Notes: generated by a model not told the origin, from the letters alone. DNA of 64,000 nucleotides from Takakia lepidozioides (GCA_030704615.1 CM060733.1:56668001-56732000); one strand, 5' to 3'; counted from the stretch's first letter, positions 25,991-40,051 are shown. Numbers and translations are program-made.

Positions 25991-27581
25991 CGGAGTTGCA
26001 GACAGTGCATGACAGGATGGCCATCCAATGTGCTACACCCACAACTATGCTTGACCAATCTACAATAGAAATAAACAGTCAAGCGGAAAGATGTACGAAG
26101 GCAGAGACAGAGAATGTTGAGCAAGTGAAACTCATTGTCGATATGAAGAATACAATCTGTCGCAATGAGGATACTTTCAAGCAATACAGGCAGGTTGAAG
26201 CTGACCAAGAGAGGCACATCCTGGAGTTGCAACAAACGGTCATGGCCAATAGAAATGAACTCTCTGTGGCTAACAAGGCTCGGAAGGAAGCCAATAATCT
26301 GGCTGCTGCATATGCGAGTTTGGTTGAACCTCATGCGAAGCGCATGGAGGCTTTACAGCAGCAGATAGATAAACTTTGGCTTTTCAGTCTTCTTCGCAGG
26401 GGGTGCAGGAGATATCAGTGGTACAAGAGCCAGTGCCACCAACACCACAACAAGTCACTGTGACAGTAGCTGACCCTGTTGTTACTACAGCCACACCACA
26501 GCCACCACAGCCTGAGGTATGGGGGGATGCTACTTTTAACCCATCGAAAACTCATGCTGCACGGGAGTACAGTCGGGCTATGATTATGCCCTTCAATCAA
26601 ATTCCCATTGTGTTGGATTTGGCTTGGAAGGAATTTAGTCCTCCACAGTCGTTGGCACATTACTACCAGATCATGCGCATTTGGCTGCCAGTGGCAACTA
26701 GGACTAAGGTTCTTCCGAACAATCGACCCATTGAGGATCATCACTTTGCGAGGTACTGGCATGAGGCAAGTACCATGTTGAAGGAATTAATTGCCTTCCA
26801 AGTTGTACATGGGTACATTTATACCAAGACCAAGGAAGTAGCAAGTATTGTCATGGGCTGCGGGTTATACTATGCTGCTTTTTTTCTGGCACGTTATCAC
26901 ATTGAGCAGCAGAAAATGCAATCGCGATTTCTGAGTTATTCCAGTGGGGATCATTGGGTCTTACCTTCAGTGCCACCTCATATGTACCTCTATGATGCAA
27001 AGGTGATGATGCAAAAGCACTCCCAACTTCGTTCATGGTTTCAAGCGGCCTGGAACAATTTGTCAACACAGAAATTCGGGCCTGACGATATTTTCTTTAA
27101 GGGCCATGAGGCATGGAAAAACTTGCACAATTCACAAGTCATTGGTACACCACTCACTTGGACAGACAAACAGTTCAGGGTCTTCACCAATTTTGCAATT
27201 CAGCGCTTACAACAAGTTTTACAGTTTAAACTTCCAGACATGGTGGGACCACATTGTATGCCCCAGAGGATTCCACAAAAAGTTCGGCCGTTAAAACACC
27301 TGAGAGGCGATGAGGATTCTGATACTATTGATTCTTCAGCGAACTCTTTTGACATGGCAGAGGACTATGCAATTCAAATGGCAGAGAAGAAGCGACGGGG
27401 GTCTCCTATGCCTGAAAGATTACCTCGATATCAGCCAAAGGAGGGACTAACATTTCTAGGTAGTGTTCAATCATCTCCATCAACCAGTGACAGAACTCGA
27501 GCTCGCACAAGGAGTCCTTCACGATACTCTAACCGTCAGAAGGGTGCTCGCTCACAAAGGTTTCCAAATCCTAAACAGTAA
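25991..27581 (+). pseudogene. C-terminal part of the extra 3' ORF of Gypsy element A (coiled coil plus unknown domain)
   Basis: ORFs 25996-26463 and 26376-27581 are near-identical to element B ORFs at 40089-42446; continues from about 31066 on the minus strand. Confidence 0.75.
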
Positions 27582-27620
27582 ACCGTGAGGACACGGCTTT
27601 TTGAGAGGGGGAGGGGTAAA

Positions 27621-28582
27621 TGTTAGAGGGTTGCTTGGGACTTAGACGCTTTTACGGGATTTGTGGGGTACCCTTAATTTTTTACACAGACTGAGACTAA
27701 CAGGAGCCTTAGGGGTGACAGCAACAGGCTTTAAGGGGGGAGATACACAGCCCAACACAGTCCATCACAGCCCGACACAGTCAACACAGCCAGTCACAGT
27801 CAACACAGCCCGTCACAGTCCAACACAGCCAGTCACAGTCAACACAGCCCGTCACAGTCCGACACAGCCAGTCACAGCCCGATACAGCCGCCACAGCTTC
27901 GCACAGCCCTACACAGCCCGCCACAGCCTGATATAGCCAGTCACAGCTCGGCACAATTGGGGAACAGTTATCATTGGCAGGGAACGACGGTGAGGGGAAC
28001 GACATCTGAAAAAGGAACGTGTACTACAGGGATGACGGTTAGTTAGGAAAGCGGTTAGAACAGCTTGTAGGGGAAAAAACGAAGAAGCGGGGAGGTCTGG
28101 AATCACTACTTCTGGGCATCACGGGGGGGGGAATGAAGCAGAGAGCGCATCTCTGAGTAGAAAGAGGGAGAGCACGGGGTAGGAGGAGAACGATTTGTTG
28201 ATGCTTGATGAATGCAAGCAGTAGAGCTGTAATGTAGAGCAGATTAGAGACTCCATGGCTTCAGCCTGATACTTGATAGATATTAATCTGATACATACTT
28301 CATACTCACACTGTGTAGAGAGACCTGAGTGAAGCTGTGGAAATGAATGGATGGAACTTGATAGATTTCTGAAGCAAACTGATACTTAATTGCAGATAGT
28401 AAGGTAACTCGCTAACATGAATGTGGGAAGAAGTACAAATAGGAAACACCCCCATGATACACTAGCTGTAGGTCATGACTGATTGTTCTGAGCGGGCTAA
28501 GTGCTTAGAGAATTCCAACTCTTCTATCTTGGAGTTCCCACCTCGGATAGCGAAGCGATGGGTGAGTAAAAGCCGCGCGACA
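27621..28582 (+). repeat. 3' LTR of element A (962 bp)
   Basis: TGTT...GACA termini, PPT GAGAGGGGGAGGGG upstream, followed by TSD ATATG (28583-28587); CACAGCC repeats inside. Confidence 0.92.
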
Positions 28583-29588
28583 ATATGCAGCCAAACTCAT
28601 CATCTTGGACATCCCTGATGGGTTGCCAGTCCTGGATGCCCATCCAGCGGGTGCTTGTCCAGGTTGGAATGCTTTTGATGAACGCTACTGGCGGTGGGTT
28701 TTCTCTTTTTGCAATTTCTTTCTGTCCGATGCAGGTGTTTTGGTGCTCATCCAGTCCATTGACCTTCGCTATCGCTGTGCATTTGCCAGCTATTTGAAAG
28801 CCTCCGGTATGAGGGTCGTGAAGACATGGAATTATGTTAACTGCATGTACATGACGAAGGGGGATCGTCCGGGAGAGATGGTAAATCTGCCTTCTTATTC
28901 CTCTTCTTGGTGGTTCTTGGATGGACTTGCATAAGTCGCTCAAATGAATATGTAGGGGCTTGGTTTTCAAGCTTCTTAGTTCCTTGTGGATGTCATGTTC
29001 GCAGACTCGTCTGTTTGAAGCTGTTTGTCTCGTCCGGGTGCATCCACCTACGACTCCAGCCAGGGAGTTCGCCATCACTCATGGGGGCAAGTTCATAGAC
29101 GAGAGGACAGATCCTCCCACGGATGACATGCACCACAACTACGTCGACAACAACGTGTGCTTGCGAAGGGGGAATGGGGTTCCTTGGAGAGGGGACAGGG
29201 AGAGGAGCCCAACTTTCATTCAAACGATTGTGGAGTGTTGCACCTACACCGACGCCAAAGTTCTGGATTTGTCAATGGGCACAGGTTCGTCTCTTCAATA
29301 TTCACATTTGATCGGGTTTGTTTGAGCTTGCACTTTCAGCACTTCCCACCGTTTCAAATGAGTCTTCAATGTCTGTTTCCTTCCTTCTATTCCATTGCAG
29401 GTGCTTTGTACCACGCTTGCAAGGCCAGTGCGCGACATCTCTTCGGGATTGAAGGGGATGTCGAGATTTACAAGAACCTCTTGATGGGTTTGGGTGGACA
29501 CACTTCTCAAGTCCTTCCGAAGCCCCTTCCCGGTGATATTGATACAGGGGAGACGTCCGACAAGGAGCTGGACTTTGCCTGTGAGTAA
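28583..29588 (+). pseudogene. C-terminal exons of a beta-class DNA amino-methyltransferase-like gene
   Basis: Exons 28583-28880, 29005-29284 and 29401-29588 (GT-AG, in frame): KLIILDIPDG (motif IV), FLSDAGVLVL (VI), RERSPTFIQTIVECCT (X), KVLDLSMGTG (I), ARHLFGIEGD (II). Confidence 0.75.
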
Positions 29589-30307
29589 GTTCAACCTGTG
29601 GATGCTTGCATTCTTGTTTCAATACCCATAATCACTGTTCTTAAGGCAAAGTGCACATGGGAGACAACCTCTTTGTTGGACTTGTGCATTGCATCATTGT
29701 ATTCAAAATGGGTTTTTGTCGACTTGTGCAGGAGTCCGTGTGCTTCCACTGACCCTCCAGGGCTATCACACATTTTTTGGACTTGTTTCAAGTCCTCCTC
29801 AGTCTTACATGCTACCCATCTATGCGGAAGGCACTCGCAGCAAGCATGTCCGTTCATGGCACTCGCAGTCCAACCATCGACGGCCGTGGTAGAAGACGTG
29901 GTATTGGGGCCGGAATCTTTGTGGATGACATAGCACAAGAGGTCGATTCTGATTCTGATGACTATCACACTTGATATCAAGTTTTCTTTTACTTTTATTT
30001 GAGGCCTATTTTGAAATGGGATGGTTGTGTGTCCTTGTTGTCCTGTTTGCAATGTGTGCGTGGGATGCAAATTCCTGGGAACAAACTATCATTGGAGATG
30101 GGGGTTGCATGGAGTGCCCGGATTGGTCCTTCAATCTCTTTGGTGTTTTCCGGAGCTCACAGGCTTGTGTGCATTGCATAAACAAACAAACGTCTTTGGT
30201 TTGGGCAGTGCATTCTCGCATCATTTGCTCCTTGGTCTCCAGGCCATTCCTGCCAGAAGAATGCTTGGTAAATCCATCGCGTTAAAGTCCACGTGATCAA
30301 AGATCGT

Positions 30308-30465
30308 TCAGGCATTCTTCTGGTGAGCATCCATGATGCTCCCGCACATACCATACATGTTCGCAAGGGTGGTGAGTAAGAAAACATTTTGCAGGGATCT
30401 GCTTTGGATGATGTGAGTGTGCACCTGCTCACGACGTAGGCACATTCCAATGCAAGGGCTTGGTA
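30308..30465 (-). pseudogene. PPR fragment
   Basis: EQVHTHIIQS...LTTLANMYGMCGSIMDAHQ. Confidence 0.7.
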
Positions 30466-31065
30466 TGTTAATAACGTCTAAATGGATACAATGGATAGAT
30501 ACAATGGATGTAACACATCCAGTCTGCATTCCCTTGAAAGGGCTGATCAACCCGTGGTAATAGGTGACACCCGCGGAAATAGGCCCTTTATGCATGCTGA
30601 CGTGGCGTGAGCCTGTGCTGGGCTCACGGGCTCCTGGGCTCACAGGCTCACGGAATAGCACCCCCCACCTTTGCCCTGTGTGTTTAATACATGGCCAAAT
30701 GGCGTCTAATGAGGTCTTGATATTATCCTTAAGCTCAAAACGTATTTATCAAGATCTGCTTAGTCATGTACTCTTACAACAGCTTTACACAGGTCACAGG
30801 GTCATTGCAGTCAACGATCTGTGGGACCTCATGACTGTGCCGTCACAGCTCCTCACAAGTCACAGGGCGCTGTTATCACGGGAGAAGAACAGGAACGCGG
30901 GAACATCACTAACAAGGGGACACAATATAGTTACGAGCTGTCTGGCGGTTAGAGGCTCACTGTTAGTTAGGCGGTTATAGCTTGTAGGTAGAAGAGGCAG
31001 CGAGGAGAGTGGAAGGGGATCACTTTAGGGAGGACTTCTTGATCGCATGGACTGGGAGTACACGG
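30466..31065 (+). repeat. 5' half of divergent LTR C
   Basis: Begins TGTTA; its end resembles the A LTR middle (GGATCACT...GAGTACACG) and joins the reverse complement of 25990-25575. Confidence 0.6.
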
Positions 31066-34000
31066 TATGTAGTGCATTCACTTTTGCAACTTGCTTTCAT
31101 GCTTCACCTGCATTTGGTATAGCTGTTGTTTATGTGCTTCGTGCAACTGGTCTTGCGCGAGGCCTGCCTCAATCAATTGTTCCTTGGCCAATTGCAAAAC
31201 AGCTTTTGTACTCTCTAAGTCTTGCTGTATCTTGAGAGTAACCTCCTCATCTACCTTGTTTGCACACTCAGTGGCAAGTCGAGCCTCAAACTCCTTCCTG
31301 AGTTCCTCCCTCAAAGCTGCCAATTGGGTAGTTGGAACATGGGATTTGACATAAGTGCCCAACAAATTAAGTGTCCTGCTTATGGAACTCATAAGCATGG
31401 CCTATTGAGGGTCATCATGGTGAGCTTGCTGCTATTCTCCCTGATCCTCAACAGTGTGATGCCTCACAAACCATTCAGGCCATTGCCCCACCAGATTTTC
31501 TTCCTGAACCACTTCATCCGTCACAGGTGCTGCAGTGTCTTGACATTCTACCTGTGGTACCTCCGTCACAGGTGTGTGTATTATATGCACAGCAGGGTTT
31601 CCCCTGGACAACCGCTGCACCTCTGCAAATCTTTGTTTCCCTGACCAAACCAGAATTTTCATAGAGAAGGTCCCCCTTCTCAATTTCTGCCACCACCTGT
31701 TCTGTAGTGGGGATATCTAACCCTTCTTTCTCCAAATCAATTATTTGTTGTGGAACTGCATGGACAACTTGTGGTAACTCTGTGACAAGCCGATCATCTG
31801 GCTGTGATGGCTGTGATACTGAAGTAACTTCCTCTTCCCTCTCTGAAGGCCCTACTTCCAATAATAGCACTCTCTGTGCTGCTGTGCCCCTTCCTGCACA
31901 AGAGCTTGGGAAACATTATCATGCGGTTTCCGTGAAGCCAGTGGATCCGCCACTACAGTCTTTCCCCGCCTCTGTCTCTTAGTCTGGGGTTGCCCTGCCA
32001 GTCCACCCTCACTGTGTGAAGAGCCTTGCTCTTCCATTGTAGTGGTTTCGGCCTCAAACACTCCCATCTCCTTTCTTTCCCGAGCATCAAGTATGCAACA
32101 ATCAAGAATTATTTGAGCAATGATTGGGCCAGACACTATGATAGGAGACTTTGCGGCAGTGCCTTGTAATCTCCCTCTACCAGCCCTGGGTACACGGCCT
32201 TGGTACAAGCATAACCCTGAGTTTTAAATAAACTTCCTTCTTGGAATAAGTCCCCTATTTGCAGTCTTGCCCTGTGCTCCTCCACATGCACCTGACCTGA
32301 TGGCAATTCAAACAATTGCTGTAGGTATAGGGGAGTAATTACTAATTCAACTCCCTTCACCGTTGTTGCTCCTGTCCTAGGCTCAAAGTTCTGCAAGAAT
32401 TGTAACATGTACTGCCTATGGTGCAATGTCCAATCTTTGCTTTGCAATCCTTCTAATCGCAGCTCCTTCAGTAACTGTACCGCCTGTGGAGTAGCAATTG
32501 TTTGTTTCTGCAGGATTGTGGTGCTCTTCACCCTGATTTCTTCCATTCCTCTCACTCTCTTCATTCTAGACCCACAGAAAGGTTTTGGCTGTAACAATTG
32601 AAGAAATGCCTGCAGGGCACAAAGCATAAACGTATGGTTGCCACAAAATGCTATGGGTAATTTCTTGTAAGCCTGCGGGGCTTGCAAGCATCGATTAAGA
32701 GAAAAGATACTCTCTGTTCTTCTATCCCCGTGCCACTGCGTAAGTAGTATCGCGAGCATATAGTCTGTTAGTTTCTCCATAGCTTCAAAGCTATAGCATT
32801 GATGGTCTGTCCTTGAAGACGCCCGTTACTTGGAATGACGCCGACTCTTGCGCTTAAAATCCCTCCAATTTCTTGATCCTGCTTCTGGCTTATGATTGGC
32901 TGTAACCGCTGTGACTGGATTTTAGATTTAATTTCCTTCCATGGATTTTCCACTCTGGACTGTCCACTAGGATAGCACATGTGACATGGATTTCGCTTTT
33001 CGGTATTTTTAAAGGGTTCCGTTACCCTTTCCCCGTATTCATTAATGGGCCCATAATAAGTTAATGTGCCGGTAGGTACTTTGACGGCCATTTTGTGTCT
33101 TCTTCCTTGATGACACTTGGCTTTACACTCCATGTCCGGCTGTGTGTCTCGCCCTGGCGTCCACGAGTCTATTTTTAAACGTGCCTCCGTCCACTTTTCC
33201 GCCGGCCACTCTCCGGATGTTAACCCACGTCCACATGTCACGGATCCTATGGACTGTGTAACCCCGGTAGGCTGTGTTGAGCTGTGACAGGCTGTGTCAT
33301 ATTGTGGTACGCTGTGATAGGCTGTGTTGCACTGTGGTAAGCTGTGATAGGCTGTGACACGCTGTGGTAGGTTGTGATAGGCTGTGTCACGCTGTGATGG
33401 GCTGTGATAGGCTGTGTCACGCCGTGATGGGCTGTGATAGGCTGTATTGCGCCGTGATGGGCTGTGTAGGCTGTGATGGCTGTGATAGGTTGTGTCACCC
33501 TTGTACTGCCCGCCCTGGTCATATACGCTCGGCCTAGCGACAAGTGCTCCATACTCCGTTGGTATCACTGGCGCAGCCCGTGACTGCTTCTGCATTTCAA
33601 CATGCAAATCATGCTGCAATGGTTTGTCATGGATACCACTGTACCCCTTCAACTTATTGGCATTAACTCTTCCCAGCATCTCTTTGTTAATGGTTTGTAA
33701 TATGGCGGTGTTGTTATCATACATTTTTTGTATGACATAAGGCCCTCTCCATGGTGATTTAAGCTTAGAAGCTTTAATCTTTCCCTTCTTCTACAACCAG
33801 AGAACCAAATCTCCCGTCTTAAAAGTCTTTAACTTGCCTTCATCAAACTGTTCCTTTCTCTTCATCTGAATTCTGGTCATATTATCAGCTGCATCAGCAC
33901 GTACTTCTTCCACATGGTATAATTCATGTTTCCTGACCTTAATTGAATCTTGCAATTCCATTCTCTTTCCCCATTCCGTTCTCATGGTAGGTAACAGGAA

Positions 34001-37000
34001 TTCCACTTGAAGTAAAGCTTCCATACCATAAACTAATTGGAATGGTGTATACTTAGTGGTGACTTTATATGAAGTCATGTATGACCACAAAGCTGTCAGC
34101 AGCTTTGTATCCCAATCCGTTCTGTTTGCATTGACTATCTTAGCCAAGATAGTACATAGTATTTTGTTGGTAGCCTCTGCCTGCCTATTACCCTGTGGGT
34201 AATATGTTGTACTCTTCCTATGCACAATCATGAACTCTTTAGTCAATAATTCAATGGTCTCATTAATGAAGTGACTTCCCTAATCACTGATAAATTCCAA
34301 GGGACAGCCAAATCGTATAAGTATGTTCTCATACATGAACCTTGCTGTGGACTTGGCTGTGTTGTCCCTCAAAGCTTTAGCTTCCACCCACTTCGTAGTA
34401 TAATCAGTGGCTGTAATTATGTACCTGTTCTGTGTATTCTTGGCTGGTGGGTTTATTGGTCCAACAAAATCCAGTTCCGTAGGCATTGTAGGATGCAAAG
34501 CCATCTTTCCAGATCTCTGCAATGGTCCTAGCCTTTGACACTCATCACAAGTTTTACAATACTCGTGTACATCCTTGAACAAAGTAGGCCATCAGTAACC
34601 GGCATGTAGTATCTTCCTACTGGTAGTCTCTTCTCCAAAATGACCTCCTGCCACTCCTTTATGAACTTCCTCCAAAACTTTATTAACTTCATGATGGTAT
34701 AAGCATCGCTTCAGCACTCCATCTGGTCCTAGCTTATACATTGTGCTCCCTACCATAGTGTAAGATAGAGCCTTGATAGCAATTCTCTTTCTCTGCTCCT
34801 TTCCATAACTTGGTGGCACTGACCATGAGCAAGGTAGTCTGATTGGCCACTGCCAATCTAACCAGTCATCTGCACTTCCCTGCACCTCCACTACAAATAG
34901 ACTCGCATCTGGTAATTGATCATCTACTCCCGTGGCTGGTTCTCCTGTTGATAACCGTGACAAGTGATCCGCCACAAGATGCAGCCTCCCAGGCTTGTAA
35001 ACAACCTTGAACTCAAACTCGTGCAAGATTATCAACCATCTTGCTATTCTTCCGCTTATCAGAGGTTTGTTTACCAGGTATATCAGAGCCTGGTGATCCA
35101 CATAGAACATAAACTTCTTGCCCAACAGGTAATGCCTGAATTTCTTCACTGCATAGATCATTGCCAATGCTTCTCTTTCGTTGTGCTATAATTTCTTTCG
35201 GCATTGTTCATCAATCGGCTAGCATAGTAGACAGGTGAAACTATCCTTCCTGTAACATTTTGGGCTAACACTGCTCCTAGTGCTTCTCCTGAAGCATCAC
35301 AGTGAACATGAAATATTTCCTGCCAGTGAGGATTAATCAGCACAGGTGTAGTTGTTACTGACAATGTAAGTTCCTCAAAAGCCTGTTGACATTCAGGTGT
35401 CCATGCAAACACTGCATCTTTCTTCAGAAGTTTGCTCAATGGTACTGCTATCTGTGCATACCGTCTGACAAATCTTCTGTAATAGTTGGTTTGTCCCAGG
35501 AATCTCCTTAGACTCTTTGCATTTACTGGGGGTGGAGAGGCTCTAATGGTCTCTGTCTTTCTGGGATCCACAAAAAGTCCCTTCTTGCACACAATGTGTC
35601 CCAGAAGCACCCCAGAGTTCACACAGAAAGTACACTTCTCTGGATTCAGGCCCAGACCTCTCATCCTGCATCTGGCCAAACATAACTCTAATTTATGCAA
35701 GTGCTCACTTTTAGAGCTGTACACACTGAAATCATCCAAGAACACCTGCATGAAGTCATCCAGATACTCCTGAAAGGATTCACTTATCACTCTCTAAAAA
35801 GTTGCTGGTGCATTACAAAGTCCAAAGGGCATGACTTTGTATGCATAAGCACCCCAGTCTGTGATGAAAGCTGTCTTTCCCTGGTCTTCTTCTGCCACTT
35901 GCACTTGATTATATCCACTGAAGCCATCCATGAATAGGTACATCTCATGGCCTGCCACAGTGATACTGCTTCTGTGAATGGCAAGGGAAATGGATCCTTC
36001 TTCGTGCAAGCATTCAACTTCTTATATTTCACACAAACTCTTAGTTTACATTCTTCTTGGGAACTATCACAATGGGTGACAACCAAGTTGTATACTCTAT
36101 TGGGTATATAAACTTAGCCTCAGCCAACTTCTTGATCTCTTCTCCAACCTTCTGTGCATAGTTGGGATTCATTTTGTACCTTGCCTGCTTGATTGGTACT
36201 GATCCTGGTTCCAGTTCAATCTTATGCTGACAGATCTCAGGTGGTATCCCTTTTAGATCCTCGTAGCTCCAAGCAAATACATCTCTGTATTTGATGAACA
36301 AACTCTTAGCTTCCTCAAAGAATTCAGGCTCCAAATCAGCCCCTACCTTCACCATCCTCGGTTCCTCTTCAGTTCCCACATTCACTTCTCTCACCTGCTC
36401 ATCAACTGTGATTGTCCAACCAGTCACCACTTCATCCTGTAAACTCACAGTGGCTGGTTCCTCTAGGATTTCCATTTCTCCCTCTCTTTCTTCATAAAAA
36501 TGTGGTGGGTAACTGCTTATTTCACCCTCAATTGGTGTTGCTGACACTACACCACAGCAGATACCTCTTAAACAACTTAGGCCTTCTAGCCGCATCTCTG
36601 CAACCTGCTCCCACTCTGGGTGTGCAGCAAATAGGGTAGCTTCCTGCTCCTCATCCAGTCCTCCTCTCCAGTCATACTCTCTGACCCCTCGAGGTCTTCT
36701 CGTAGCAGGTAATCTACTAGATTTCTTGGTGGTAATTTGTATCTCGTGCATCCCATTATGCACAGTTAGTAACTGAGAATTCCAGTCATGGAATACCCTG
36801 GCCTGTTTCAGCCACGGACATCCCAATAATAAGGAGTAAGTCTCCATGACTTCATCCATCTTCAACACAGTTACTGTGATCATAAAGATCATCTTCTGTA
36901 TCTGTATCTTAACTCCTCTTATCAATCCCAATGGCTGTACACTTCTTTGATCTGCCATTGTTACTGTAAATGGGGCTGGTTTCATGTTACTTAGACCAAG

Positions 37001-39435
37001 CTTCTTCCTTAATTGGTCTGTCATGATATTTACTCCAGAGCCTCCATCTATCAGTACATCAGTTAGTTCTGTGCTTCCAATTCTCAATTGGATTACTGGC
37101 ATAGAATCATCAAAGTCCATGACTGTTTCTCGCCCTTCTGGCTTCACATTATAATTGGTCACCTTGCTATTCAGGTCTGTGTTTCCTGTCTCCTGGGTAA
37201 TTCGATTGATTGCTTGATACAGCTTGTGTCTACAATAAGGTGCCACAGCCAATAGCTGTCAAATGGTAATCTCTGCTTTGGTCTGGCATATTACTTGAGC
37301 CAAAGTCCTTTCATTACTTTGCATGTCTGCAACTTCTTTCTTCCTTTCATCCTCACTCACTTCTTCTTCTCCATCAGAATCAGAGGAATTTGCCACAGGA
37401 ATATCAGTAATCTTCTGCATTTCTCTTATGGTATCTGCCACTTCCTTGTGCAGTTCCTTCTCATCTCTCCAAGCCTCATCATCTTCAAGCATATCACTGC
37501 CATCTTCATTATCATCATCTTCCTCAACTACTGGAGGTATTAGTTTGGCTTTGCTTCTTGTTACTATCATGGTACTTACTTCTGGTACAACACATGGCCT
37601 AACCATGTGAGCTGCCACCACTGGGCCCTCATTCACAGGAGCTCTCATCTCATTCTGGTGTCTAATCCAGAATGAACAGGCTGCCTTGCGATGTCCTAGC
37701 TGATTACAATAGTAACACATTTCTTCACCATTGGATCCTCGCCCTTGGTCTGCTCTTGGATTATTTCTGTAATCCTGATTCCCTGGCTGGTAATTCCCCC
37801 TTGGATTACCCTGATAGTTGCCTCTGGAATTTCCTTGGTAATTCCCTCTTGAATTACCTCTCCCTTCCATGCCATTGTTATAACCACCAGGCCTACCATA
37901 GTGGTCCTGATCATTGTTTCTTCTTGGTTGGGGTTGCACTTGATGCACCCTTACTTGCCTAGGTTCTCTTGCAGCCGTCCTTCTGTTGTAGTAACAATTC
38001 TCAGTAGAATGGTTATCCATCTTACAGATAGTACAGTGTTTCTCCTTCATGTGGCATTCAGTGGTGGTATGGCCTTCATTCTGGCACTTTGCACACCAAA
38101 CACCCTTCCTCCAATGTGTTGCAGCCTCTGTGGCATACTTCTTCAATTTCTTCTAATCTTTTCTCATAGTTATCCTCTTCAACTTCTCCTTTCTCTTACT
38201 CTTCTTTTTTAGTTCTTGCTCTTCTTCTTCATCTGACTCATCCTCAGAGTCCTCATCATCCCTTTTCTCTCTCCTGAGCATTCCCAATTGTTCAATTCTG
38301 TTTGCAGTTTCAAATGCCTCCTCCACTGTATTATGGGGTAACATATCCACTTTCTTCTGCAACTCTGGTCTTAGTCCACTCACAAACCAAGTCTTCTGTA
38401 AACATGGTGCTGGTACTGCAGCCAGCTTTTTCATCATCAATTCCATCTTTTCCATATACTCCTCAACAGTTTCATGCTTCTTTTGCTTTAATTGTTGTAA
38501 ACTTCCATACACTTCATCCTCAGTTTTACTTGTCATGAACCTATTTCGGAATGTTGTATTCCAGCCATTCCAGGTTAGGAAATGATTATGAGGGAATCTT
38601 GCATACCATTCACTTGCTTTCTTGATAAGTGAACAAGGAAACAATCTCATCTTGGCATCATCGCCATTCTCATTGTTCACTATACACATGTGCTCAAATT
38701 GGCTTATGTGTACATCGGGATCCCCTTTTCCTGAATATATTGGAAAAGGTGGTTTTGCCCATGTTGGTTGTAACGCCATATGTGGCCCTACCTTCTGCCC
38801 ACTGACAGGTGCTGGCACCCTTGCTGGTGCTGGTCCTTCAGGACCTGTTGTAGTTGTGGTGGATCTTCCACCAAGTGGTGGCCCCTGAGCACTCCATGCT
38901 ACTGGCCCCACAATATTCACAGTATTCCCAGCTCCAGTTGCACTACTTTCCACACTCCCTGTCCCCCCAGAGCTAGATCCAGGCAGCCCGCCTGATGCCC
39001 CTGAGCCGACACCTTCGTTGGCCTGTGATCCAAGTGCTCCACTTGATCCAGGTCCAATGGGTTGGGATGTCTTGGTTGTAGTCTCAACCTCAGCTGTTGG
39101 GTCTACTTCTTCATACTCTTCCTCTTCCAATTTCTTCTCTCTATTTTCATCCTCCAAGTTCTGCCCTTGGGTTTCTTCTTCACTCATGTAACTCAACTGC
39201 AATGGTGTTGGAGAGTCTGAACTCTCCGTTGGTTCTGCCACATTCTCTCCTCCTTCTTCACCTTTCGCTTCAAAAACTGGAGTTCCTGCTTTTGGTGTTC
39301 CATGCCAACTCTTATCAAAGATTTATGTCAAATCTTTTATCCAGGGATGTACCTCAGATCTTTCACCTCGTGATTGATCTTCTTCCCGTACCAATTCCCT
39401 TAATCTTTCTTGCAAAGAAAAAGAAGGAGTGGCAT
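31066..39435 (-). mobile_element. Body of non-chromoviral Ty3/Gypsy element A: gag (3 CCHC knuckles), protease, RT, RNase H, integrase and extra 3' ORF; stops and frameshifts
   Basis: Gag 37259-39241; protease VLIDGGSGVN; RT FLDDF; RNase H HCDASG and YVDHQAL; integrase LDFVGP...YPQGN; extra ORF 31066-32780. Confidence 0.92.
33265..33500. repeat. 30-bp minisatellite (about 7 copies, GCTGTGATAGGCTGTGTCACGCCGTGATGG-like) just after the integrase
   Basis: Direct periodicity visible in the sequence; built on the same CACAGC core as the LTR repeats. Confidence 0.85.
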
Positions 39436-40051
39436 TGTCACGCGGCTTTTGCTCACCCATCCCTTCGCTATCCGAGGCGGAAACTCCAAGATAGAAGAGT
39501 TGGAAATCTCTAAGCACTCAGCCCGCTCAGAACAATCAGTCATGACCTACAGTGTATCATGGGGGTGTTTCCTATTTGTTTTCCTTCCCGCATTCATGTT
39601 AGCTAGTTACCTTACTGTTGGTAATTAAGTATCAGTTTGCTTCAGCAATCTATCGGCTACCCGTTGTTCTAACCGTTTCCCTCACTAACCGTCATCCGTG
39701 TACTAATATGTTCCATTCGCAGATGTTGTTCCCCACAGTCGTTCCCTGTCCTGCTATCCGTTCCCTATGGTCGTGACAGCTGTGTCAAGCTGTGACTGGC
39801 TGTGCGACTGTGTTGGGCTGTGTCGATTGTGTCGAGCTGTGACTGGCTGTGTCTGGATGTGTCGGCTGTGTTGGCTGTGACGGGCTGTGTCGGACTGTGA
39901 CGAGCTGTGTTGGCTGTGACGGGCTGTGTAACCCCCCTCTAAAGTGCGCTGCTGTCACCCCTAAGGCTCATGTTGGTCTCAGTCTGTGCAAAAATTAAGG
40001 GTACCCCACAGATCCCGTATAAGTGTCTAAGTCCCAGATAGTCCTCTAACA
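39436..40051 (-). repeat. 3' LTR of element B (internally deleted)
   Basis: PPT upstream on the minus strand; followed by TSD ATGCC (ggcat at 39431-39435); lacks a middle segment present in the 63265 LTR. Confidence 0.9.

Noticed and set aside
28583-29588. Bacterial contamination as the source of the methyltransferase
   Set aside because: It has spliceosomal introns and is interrupted by a plant LTR element with a TSD.
25570-30470. LTR C as a clean solo LTR
   Set aside because: Its reconstructed flanks (TGGTA vs AGTGC) do not form a TSD.
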